Positions 17,592 to 24,924 of a stretch of 24,924 nucleotides of DNA are shown one piece after another. Within the stretch, counting starts at the first letter, position 1; each line of letters starts with the position of its first letter. This DNA comes from Planctomycetota bacterium. GTDB lineage: Bacteria > Planctomycetota > SZUA-567 > H5-PLA8. Made by a program: the position numbers and the translations under genes. The notes under the pieces were generated by a model, which had not been told where the DNA came from, did not search any database, and was given only the letters and a program-made list of their open reading frames with translations. The stretch lies in the NCBI GenBank assembly GCA_045863855.1, contig BTVV01000091.1:1-24924 (forward strand). The letters run 5' to 3'.

Positions 17592-17792
17592 CACCCCCCT
17601 GATGACCGTATAAAGAAATGCGTGTCCCAAGCGGAAAAGGCTTGGCAGTCCGAAAGCTTCGGATAAACGCAGTTCTGCATCTTTCCTTCATGCGGGCTTG
17701 ATTCCGTTCGCGACGATGGCTTTGCATGCTGTGCATCTGGCCGGGCTTGGGCGCGGTAGCGGCTCCCCCAGCCCATACGAAAGGGCAGGCTC

Positions 17793-18902
17793 ATGAAAGC
17801 CGTCGGCATCACCCCGCGCAAACCTCACACGGCTCGTCTGGTCGAACTTCCCGAGCCTCAAGTGAGCGAAGTGCCGCACGGCCGGGGCGTGAAAGTAAAG
17901 ATTCTCAAAGTCGGCGTGGACGGGACGGACAAGGAACTGCACTTGGGCGAATACGGCGCGCCCCCGCCCGGATACGATTTCCTCGTCACCGGACACGAAT
18001 GCTTCGGGCAGGTGGTCGAAGTCGGCCCCAAGGTGAAAGAATTCAAGCGCGGCGATTTCGTCGTCCCCACCGTACGCCGGCCCGGCGGATCGCTCTTCGA
18101 CACCATCGGCACGTACGACATGACCAGCGAAGAGACCTACTACGAACGCGGCATCAACCTCCGCCACGGCTACATGACCGAGTATTTCGTCGACGATCCC
18201 GAGTACCTCGTGAAGGTTCCCAAAGGGTTGCAGCACATCGCCATCCTGCTCGAACCGATGAGCATCTGCATCAAGGGCATCTTGCAGGCGTACGAGATCA
18301 ATCGGCGGCTCAAGGTCTGGAAGCCGTCCCGCGTGGCCGTCATGGGCGCCGGACCGATCGGACTCCTCACCGCGCTGGCCTACCGAATCCGCAACTTGGA
18401 AACGGTGGTCTTCGGCGTCGAGAAGCGTCCTTACCGCAATGCGGGACTGCTCGACGAAATCGGCGCGACCTATTACAGCGTGCAGGAGCGCCCGCTCGCC
18501 GAAGAAGTCCAAAAGAACGGACCGTTCGATATGGTCTTCGAAGCCACCGGCTTCTCGCCTGTCGTCTTCGACGCCATGTCCGCGCTGGCCAAGAACGGAG
18601 CCCTGATCCTCAGCTCCGTCACAGGCGGGCACCGTAAGTGCGAAGTCGAAGCCGACCGCTTGAACATCGAATTCGTCCTCGGCAACAAGGTCATGTTCGG
18701 CACCGTCAACGCGCACCGCGGCTATTTCGAAGAGGGTTTGAAGGACTTCGCGATGTCCGAAGCCGCTTATCCCGGCTGGCTCACCAAACTGCTATCGCAC
18801 CCCGTCGAAGGGCTGGAGAACTGGAAAGAGCAGATCCGGATCCTCTTCGAGGTCAAGGACTGCACCAAAGCGTTTCTGAACGTGGCCCAGCCCGAAGCCT
18901 AG
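17793..18902 (+). CDS. gdh: Glucose 1-dehydrogenase-like zinc-dependent medium-chain dehydrogenase
   Basis: VGVDGTD, GHE..G.V, VPTVRRP, ERGI...HGYMTE, LLEPMS, GAGPIG and GTVNA. Substrate not proven. Confidence 0.8.
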   Translation: MKAVGITPRKPHTARLVELPEPQVSEVPHGRGVKVKILKVGVDGTDKELHLGEYGAPPPGYDFLVTGHECFGQVVEVGPKVKEFKRGDFVVPTVRRPGGSLFDTIGTYDMTSEETYYERGINLRHGYMTEYFVDDPEYLVKVPKGLQHIAILLEPMSICIKGILQAYEINRRLKVWKPSRVAVMGAGPIGLLTALAYRIRNLETVVFGVEKRPYRNAGLLDEIGATYYSVQERPLAEEVQKNGPFDMVFEATGFSPVVFDAMSALAKNGALILSSVTGGHRKCEVEADRLNIEFVLGNKVMFGTVNAHRGYFEEGLKDFAMSEAAYPGWLTKLLSHPVEGLENWKEQIRILFEVKDCTKAFLNVAQPEA

Positions 18903-18938
18903 CGGAACGCAGGGAGTGGCCTGAATTACGTATAGGAT

Positions 18939-18976
18939 CGGGGGACGTTTCCGCGCACGTCCCCCGTGTGCTTTTT
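18939..18976 (+). terminator. Probable intrinsic terminator of the dehydrogenase gene
   Basis: CGGGGGACGT-8 nt-ACGTCCCCCG followed by tgtgcttttt. Confidence 0.65.
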
Positions 18977-19142
18977 GGGGCGAACTGATCCAAAAGTCGG
19001 GAAGCTTTAATCCTGCGATCTGGACCCGATTCAGCGCCCCTCCCACAACCTCCTTTAATTGCTCAACTTATGTTTTATCCATGCGCGGCACACGAATTGA
19101 TATTGGTAGGCTCCGTGTAGTCCCCAGGAAAGGATCGGCCCT

Positions 19143-19391
19143 ATGCTAGCCGCACCGGAATCCAGACTCAGGCGTCGCAAAACCAAGCGCGCTTCGGGCG
19201 AGTACCGAGTCGAGGCGCTGCCCGAAACGCCCCAGAAAGCGGGCAGGTCGCTGGGCGGAAGCGCTGAAGCCGCGTGGCCGTCCTTACGCGCATCGCGGGA
19301 ACTGGGCCGCGAATACATCGGTTCCCTGAAGCAATTGCTGCTGACCCGTGCCGTACAAGACGGCGACCCAGGTTCCGTGCCGAAGGCGTAA
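19143..19391 (+). CDS. Small hypothetical protein (82 aa)
   Basis: Fills an otherwise empty gap, has aggaaagg upstream of the ATG, and stops 6 nt before the convergent sulfatase stop. Confidence 0.45.
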   Translation: MLAAPESRLRRRKTKRASGEYRVEALPETPQKAGRSLGGSAEAAWPSLRASRELGREYIGSLKQLLLTRAVQDGDPGSVPKA

Positions 19392-19397
19392 CGAGAG

Positions 19398-20894
19398 CTA
19401 CAGCGACCCGCTTTGGTTAACGCGCTCTAAGAAGCCGGCGCACGCGCGCTCGAAATAAGCCGCGGCGTCGGCGCGATGCTGCATGCCCGGCCCAGGCACA
19501 TTCTCCCCGCGGATCGGTTGAGCCGAGTAATCCCGATATTCCGGTTGCGGCGCCTCGAACAGCCGCCAGCGCACCAGCGCCTCCCGATGGCGTAATACTT
19601 CCTCCTGCGCATCCGCATCGCGGTAACGATTCGTCAGCTCGTATGGATCGGACTCCAGATCGTAGAAGAAGCAGCGCTCCTCCTGCGGGCCGTAGATCAA
19701 CTTGTAGCGCTTTGAACGAGCCACGTAGTGCCCTTGCCCGCTCCACTCCTGAAACACGTACGGCCGCGCGGCATCCGGATCGGCCAGATTGAGGCCGCCC
19801 ATTCCCTTGGGCACGTCCAAGCCGGCTTGCTTGAGCAGCGTGGGAGCCAGATCGACCAGATTCGCGAGCACCTCGCGCCGCCCTGCGCCCGCGCGGCCGG
19901 GATACTTCACCAGCAGCGGCACCCGCGCGAGCGGTTCGTACGGATAATTGCCCTTCAAGATCATGTGGTGATGGCCCAGATAATCGCCGTGGTCGCTCGT
20001 GTAGACGATCACGGTTTCGTCGTAGAGCCCCTTTTCCTTTAGCCTCCGGACGAGTTTGCCGACCTGCGCGTCGATATGCGAGATGCTCGCGTAGTAATGC
20101 GCCATCACGCGGCGCAGCGACGCCTCGGTCAGTTCGTCGTTGGGAAAGTACCCCCGCGCCTGCGCCAGATCGTGCGCGGGCACTTCGGGTGTCCAGCCCG
20201 GCAGTGGATCGAGTTTCGCCTCGTCGTAGCGCGCGACCCACTCGGCCGGCGGATCGAACGGATGGTGCGGCTTGATGAAGCTCGCTACGAGAAAATTCCC
20301 CCCGCCCGTCCACCCTTCCAGTTGATCGAGCGCGCGCGCGCCGATCCAGGAGGTCGAATGCCACGCTTCGGGCAGGTTGCTGGCGATGGCTCCGCACGTT
20401 TCCCAATACTGCCGCGGCGCCCGCGAACGGTATTCCCCGCGCTGGTCGATCAAGTCCAGCGCATCGACAAGCCCCGCGGCGCGCAGCGCGCGGTGATAGT
20501 CGTCGTCGAAGCGCCCGTCGCCGTCCTGCTCGGCCAGCACCAAACGCTCGAACCCGATGTCCTGATACGTCGGGTTGAAATGCATCTTGCCCACGGCGGC
20601 CGTACGGTAGCCCGCGTCGCGCAGCACACGCGGAAACGCGGGAATCCCCTGTGCCAGCGTGCTGCGGTTGGCGTACGCGCCGGTCTGGTGCACGTACCGC
20701 CCGCTCCACAACGAATAGCGCGAAGGCGTACACATCGGATAAGGGCAATAGGTAACGGGGTAGTACGCAGAGTCCGCGGCAAGTGCGTCGAGATGAGGGG
20801 TCTGGATCTGCTTGTTACCAGAGCAACCCAGCGCGTCGAAACGCTGCTGGTCGGTGAGCACGAACAGGATGTTGGGACGTGGAGCGGAAGACAT
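19398..20894 (-). CDS. Sulfatase (formylglycine-dependent, Cys type)
   Basis: RPNILFVLTDQQR, CTPSR (CxPxR), GYRT..VGKMH, KPHHP, SDHG, VPL and YDL..DPYE..N. No signal peptide seen. Confidence 0.95.
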   Translation of the reverse strand: MSSAPRPNILFVLTDQQRFDALGCSGNKQIQTPHLDALAADSAYYPVTYCPYPMCTPSRYSLWSGRYVHQTGAYANRSTLAQGIPAFPRVLRDAGYRTAAVGKMHFNPTYQDIGFERLVLAEQDGDGRFDDDYHRALRAAGLVDALDLIDQRGEYRSRAPRQYWETCGAIASNLPEAWHSTSWIGARALDQLEGWTGGGNFLVASFIKPHHPFDPPAEWVARYDEAKLDPLPGWTPEVPAHDLAQARGYFPNDELTEASLRRVMAHYYASISHIDAQVGKLVRRLKEKGLYDETVIVYTSDHGDYLGHHHMILKGNYPYEPLARVPLLVKYPGRAGAGRREVLANLVDLAPTLLKQAGLDVPKGMGGLNLADPDAARPYVFQEWSGQGHYVARSKRYKLIYGPQEERCFFYDLESDPYELTNRYRDADAQEEVLRHREALVRWRLFEAPQPEYRDYSAQPIRGENVPGPGMQHRADAAAYFERACAGFLERVNQSGSL

Positions 20895-20896
20895 GA

Positions 20897-22135
20897 TTAC
20901 TTTCCTTGCGGCGTGGTCGTGGACGTGATGGGCGAAGGCTGCGAACGCGAAGACGCCGGCCGCGCAGGCGGGAGGCCAGCCGGCGAACCTTTCGGCACAT
21001 CGCCGTTCGCATCGGCCTGCGGATGCGGCGCGGGACGCAGCACCGCAAGCCAGCCCTGCCGCCAGAAGAAATACAGCATCGCCGCCGCCACGCCGCCCAT
21101 CAACACCAGCGCGAGCGGATAACCCATGGACCAATGCAATTCGGGCATATTCCAGGGCGATGCATCGGTATCGAAATTCATGCCGTACACGCCGGCGATG
21201 AACGAGAGCGGGATAAAAATCGTCGAGATAATGGTTAAAACTTTCATCACCTCGTTCATGCGGTGGCTCATCGCGCTGAGATACAGCTCCATCAATCCGG
21301 CCACTTGGTCGCGGTCGGTTTCGATGAAATCGGCGATCAGCACCAGATGGTCGTAGCAGTCGCGCAAATGCAGCCGCGTTTCGGGCCCGATGCAAGGATG
21401 CGGATCGCGGAGCAGTTTATTGACGGCTTCGCGCAGCGGCCAGACCGCGCGGCGCATGTAGATCAGATCGTGCTTAAGCTGCTGGATGATGAAGGGTACT
21501 TCCGAATCGGGCTTATCCACGATGGTGGATTCGAGATACTCGATCTGCTCGCCCATCGACTCCAGGACCGGAAAGTACGCGTCAATCAGCGCATCGAGGA
21601 TCGCATACGCCAGGTAATCCGAACCGAGTTGCCGCAAGCGGCCCAAGTTCTGCCGCAGTCGCTCGCGAACCGGCGTGAGCGCGTCGTCGGGATGTTCCTG
21701 GAACGTGAGCACGAAGTTCTTGCCCACAAATAGGCTGAACTGTTCGGAATGGATGCCTTCGCGCGCCAGAATCTCGCGCGCCACGATGAACAGGTGCTCG
21801 GGGAATTCTTCGGCCTTTGGACGCTGATCGCCGCTGGTCACGTCTTCCAGAGCCAGCCGGTGTAGACCGAAATGGTCGCCCAGCTTGGTCATCAAGCTCG
21901 AGTCGCTCAAACCGACCACATCGACCCACACCACTGGGAACCGGTCGCGGAACTCCTGAAGCTTGGCGATATCGGGCAACGCCGATTCGGCGATGCCATC
22001 CGGGCCGTAAGCCAGCACGCGCACGCTCGACGGGCTGGCCTGCGGCGCGACCATCAGTGTGCCCGGCGGTGCGCCCACCGGCGGACGGCGATTGAACCGC
22101 TTGGCCTTTTTTCGCTTACCGCGCCGGCCGCTCAT
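20897..22135 (-). CDS. corA: Magnesium/cobalt transporter CorA
   Basis: GAPPGTL, LHRLALED, QRPK, MNEVMKVLT and AGVYGMNF...MPEL. Start 22135 (ggag RBS) or 22159. Confidence 0.96.
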   Translation of the reverse strand: MSGRRGKRKKAKRFNRRPPVGAPPGTLMVAPQASPSSVRVLAYGPDGIAESALPDIAKLQEFRDRFPVVWVDVVGLSDSSLMTKLGDHFGLHRLALEDVTSGDQRPKAEEFPEHLFIVAREILAREGIHSEQFSLFVGKNFVLTFQEHPDDALTPVRERLRQNLGRLRQLGSDYLAYAILDALIDAYFPVLESMGEQIEYLESTIVDKPDSEVPFIIQQLKHDLIYMRRAVWPLREAVNKLLRDPHPCIGPETRLHLRDCYDHLVLIADFIETDRDQVAGLMELYLSAMSHRMNEVMKVLTIISTIFIPLSFIAGVYGMNFDTDASPWNMPELHWSMGYPLALVLMGGVAAAMLYFFWRQGWLAVLRPAPHPQADANGDVPKGSPAGLPPARPASSRSQPSPITSTTTPQGK

Positions 22136-22209
22136 GCGGATACTCCGCGAGTCCTGCATTCACCCGAAGGAAGCGGCGATTGTAACCGGGGAACGAGCCC
22201 GAGTACGGC

Positions 22210-22255
22210 GAAAACTGCACGCGCCCGTGCCGGAAGACCGGGACGGGCGCGTGTA
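22210..22255 (-). terminator. Probable terminator of the 700-aa gene
   Basis: Long stem CACGCGCCCGT.CCGG/CCGG.ACGGGCGCGTG followed on the minus strand by cagtttt. Confidence 0.6.
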
Positions 22256-22276
22256 AAGAATGGCGAAGCCAAGCGT

Positions 22277-24379
22277 TTACTTGGCGGGGTATTCGATCGT
22301 CAGGTCGTCGAGGTACACGCCGCCGGCCGCCTTGTCGCCGGCCACCACGTACAAGGCAGTGCAGCCCACCGGAATCCACTTCGGATCGGTGTTCCCCAGC
22401 GCTTCGCCGTCGCACGTGACCCGCACATTCCTCGGATCGCTGAAGTCGAAAACCCACTGGCTCCACCCGGCCTTGCGCGCCAGCTTCGCCGGATGCGGGC
22501 TGAACCACTGATTCTCGCCTGTATTGAACCAAGCGTATTCCTTGTCGCCGCCCAAGTACTTGCGCCAGCACTGCCGCACCACGAACTTGTTGCCCGCGGC
22601 GGTCTGGACGCCCCAGCCGCTCCCGTTCGTCGATTTCGCCCCCAGCTTCGCGCCCGAATCGTACGCCCAGAACGTCACCTTCACAGGCAAGTCGTCGTCC
22701 TCGCCGAACGTCAGCCTGGCCTGATGGCCTTCGGTGAGTTTCAAGCTGCGCTTTCCGCCGTGCGCCTGCTCTTCGCTGAGCGTCGCACCTTCTACGTACC
22801 AGCGCGGGTCGAGGTCGCCTTCGAAATCGGCGCTCACCGTCTGCCCCGGCTGCAACGCCTGCGGACCGGTCTTCTCGCGCTTGGTCCCCACCTTGACCCA
22901 GACCGGCATCGTGCGGCTTTCGCCGGCCAGCGACCAGCGGATGCGGTACTCGCCCGGATCCTTCTGGCCGCTTTTCGGATTCGTGCCGTCCCAACGCGGC
23001 GCGAAGTACGCGCCACCGTCGCCGTCGACTTGCAGCGTGTGCAGCACGCCCAGGACGTTCTGGCCCGCCGCGTCAAGCAGTTCGATCTTCATTTCGCCCT
23101 TCGCGCGCGCCTGTGTCACGAACTTGACCCGGTCCGAATTGGCCGTCTCCAGGCTGTCGGGAATCACCTGCGTCATCGAAAGGAACCGCCCCGGTTGCAG
23201 CGGAACCTTCGTCACTTCGACCTGGGATTCGTCCTTCACGTACCGGCGCTTCCAACCCAGCGGTTTCTCGGCCGACTTGGCCAGTTGCGCCAGCCGCACG
23301 AGACTCGCGGGGTCGGTCTTGCCCTTCAGACCGGCTTCGCTGAGCGTACGAATCTTGTCGTCGAAGCGACCCAGCGCCGACCAGAGCATGCCCGCGTCGC
23401 TGGTGCCGTCCGCGCAGCGCCATTTCTTGCCGTCGTTGTACATCCAGTGGTTCGTGCGGATCATGCGTTCGAAATCGGATTGCTCGAAGACCAGCCCGCT
23501 GTCGTATACCTCCACAAAGTCGCCCACCTCGCCGGCCTGATACCCGGGGCGCGACGAATGCACGCCCACCCAGCTCTTCGGCGCGGTGCCTTCGATGTCG
23601 TACGACCCGTGCGGCATCCAGAAATTCCAGACGATGCGGTCCTCGTCGGGGAAATAGCGCCACATCGTCTTCGCGCGCCCGTAGATCTTCTTCACGCGCT
23701 CCTTGTATTCGGGCTTGCCCGTGATCCGCCATAGCCGCAGCAACACCAGCCCGGCGGAATAATGCTTGTTCAGGTTGTCGCTGATCACCGTCGCCGGACG
23801 CGCCACCCACTGGCCCGTCTTCGCGTCGATATACTTGTCGTGCGTGCGGTAACTGCCCCACCCCGCCGCGTCTTCGTAGTAGCAGCCGCGCTTGTTCCAC
23901 TTCTCCCAGACGATCCTCGTCGCCAGATCCTGGTAACGCTGCGCCGTCTTGCCGAAGCGTTCCTTCAGTGCCGGATCGTTGTGAACCGTTTCGGCGAACG
24001 CCGCCAGATGCGCGCAGAGGATGCTGTCGCCCACCAGCGCGTCGCCTTTGATATCGGCCGTATCCTGAATCGTGTTCCCGATCCAGCCTTCGTAGCCGTC
24101 GGGATCCTTGGATAGCTTGCCCAGCCACCAGTCGTAGTACGTTTCCGCCTGCTCGAGCCACTTGGGATTCTTGAAAGCTTCGTAACCGTCGATGAACAGG
24201 CCCGAGCCGTAGCTCGCGTGCCAGCAGAATCCTTCGCCCGAACCGGTATGCAGATTCCCGTTTTTCAGCAACTGCTCCCGATACGCCGCCGGATCGGGCT
24301 CGGCAATCTCACCGGCCTGCACACATACATCCACTAGGATTACCAAGCCTAACAAAATCAATCGCGTCGAGAAGCCCAT
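22277..24379 (-). CDS. Secreted multidomain hypothetical protein (alpha/alpha toroid-like, FlgD-Ig-like and carbohydrate-binding-like domains)
   Basis: Signal peptide ending VQA, aromatic-rich helical N-domain, WDG......GEY motif and DFE......AHGGKRSLKL motif. RBS ggaaggg upstream. Confidence 0.75.
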   Translation of the reverse strand: MGFSTRLILLGLVILVDVCVQAGEIAEPDPAAYREQLLKNGNLHTGSGEGFCWHASYGSGLFIDGYEAFKNPKWLEQAETYYDWWLGKLSKDPDGYEGWIGNTIQDTADIKGDALVGDSILCAHLAAFAETVHNDPALKERFGKTAQRYQDLATRIVWEKWNKRGCYYEDAAGWGSYRTHDKYIDAKTGQWVARPATVISDNLNKHYSAGLVLLRLWRITGKPEYKERVKKIYGRAKTMWRYFPDEDRIVWNFWMPHGSYDIEGTAPKSWVGVHSSRPGYQAGEVGDFVEVYDSGLVFEQSDFERMIRTNHWMYNDGKKWRCADGTSDAGMLWSALGRFDDKIRTLSEAGLKGKTDPASLVRLAQLAKSAEKPLGWKRRYVKDESQVEVTKVPLQPGRFLSMTQVIPDSLETANSDRVKFVTQARAKGEMKIELLDAAGQNVLGVLHTLQVDGDGGAYFAPRWDGTNPKSGQKDPGEYRIRWSLAGESRTMPVWVKVGTKREKTGPQALQPGQTVSADFEGDLDPRWYVEGATLSEEQAHGGKRSLKLTEGHQARLTFGEDDDLPVKVTFWAYDSGAKLGAKSTNGSGWGVQTAAGNKFVVRQCWRKYLGGDKEYAWFNTGENQWFSPHPAKLARKAGWSQWVFDFSDPRNVRVTCDGEALGNTDPKWIPVGCTALYVVAGDKAAGGVYLDDLTIEYPAK

Positions 24380-24655
24380 GTGAACCCTTCCTTATTTGTT
24401 GTCGTGCTACAGTTGGCGCCTATTATTAGCAAGTGCGGCACGACCTTAATCAAGTTCCACATACACCTGTACATCAAAAATGTTCAGATAAAGCAAGATG
24501 GGTAATTATTAGCATTCACGCCTGCTCCTTTACTCGTACTGACGACTCGTCCATTCCGCATGATCCAGACTCTCGGATCCGCGAACATGGCAGACGGTTA
24601 ATCGCAACGGTGTTAGTATGTTTTCTTCGCTACTCTGCTTTGAAGGAGAACGGCC

Positions 24656-24924
24656 ATGAGCAAAAACAACATGCGCTATCGTCCGCTCGGACGCAGCGGA
24701 CTGCAGGTCAGCGAACTGAGCATCGGCGGCTGGACCACCTACGGCGACAGCGTCGGCGACGACGCCATGGTGCGCAAGATTCTCTCGCGCGCCTACGAGG
24801 CGGGCATCAACTTCTTCGACATCGCGGACATCTACGCGCGCGGCAAGACCGAAACCGCCATGGGCAAGGTGCTTAAGGACTTCCCGCGCCACACTCTCGT
24901 GATCTCCAGCAAAGTCTTCTGGCC
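24656..24924 (+). CDS. Aldo/keto reductase (Kv-beta-like), 3'-truncated; absent from the supplied ORF track
   Basis: Hand translation: MSKNNMRYRPLGRSGLQVSELSIGGWTTYG...AYEAGINFFDIADIYARGKTE...VISSKVFW. RBS aaggag upstream. Confidence 0.93.
   Translation, partial: MSKNNMRYRPLGRSGLQVSELSIGGWTTYGDSVGDDAMVRKILSRAYEAGINFFDIADIYARGKTETAMGKVLKDFPRHTLVISSKVFW

Noticed and set aside
15053..17736. Long antisense ORFs (591, 532 and 362 aa) over the coiled-coil gene
   Set aside because: Shadow frames of a high-GC, biased coding strand, with no recognisable domains.
20895..21395. N-terminal extension of the sulfatase to 665 aa
   Set aside because: Overlaps corA out of frame, and the sulfatase fold starts at MSSAPRPNIL (20894).
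21872..23734. 620-aa plus-strand ORF (likewise 4873-6237 and 12993-14135)
   Set aside because: Antisense shadows of well-supported genes.
24433..24892. Supplied ORFs 24433-24876 (+) and 24530-24892 (-)
   Set aside because: Off-frame to the aldo/keto reductase that starts at 24656.

Overview
Chromosomal-looking window of high-GC DNA (about 65% by eye) from a bacterium. The gene repertoire suggests Planctomycetota/PVC (inference): a GYG-type RNase HII, a DUF6941-like protein, a secreted HEAT protein and a CPxC zinc-ribbon protein. About 23 CDSs in order: partial amtB, queA, RNase HII-like, class I aminotransferase plus KamA-family radical SAM aminomutase, two Gfo/Idh/MocA oxidoreductases, metallophosphoesterase, DUF6941-like, membrane hypothetical, YhcH-family, HEAT repeat, SprT-like zinc protease, TPR protein, small lipoprotein, 830-aa zinc-ribbon/coiled-coil protein, glucose 1-dehydrogenase, small orphan ORF, sulfatase, corA, large secreted CAZyme-like protein and a partial aldo/keto reductase. 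No rRNA, tRNA, CRISPR or mobile element was seen. The best leads are: (1) a basic SprT-type protease starting with a beta-clamp-like motif (MRQLSFVF), a possible bacterial analogue of SPRTN/Wss1; (2) a 35-aa-periodic coiled-coil protein ending in a MinD-like membrane-targeting tail; (3) an aminomutase lacking the lysine-binding aspartates, paired with an acidic-substrate-type aminotransferase; (4) a duplicated double-hairpin element after amtB. All family calls come from motif recognition by eye, not database searches.
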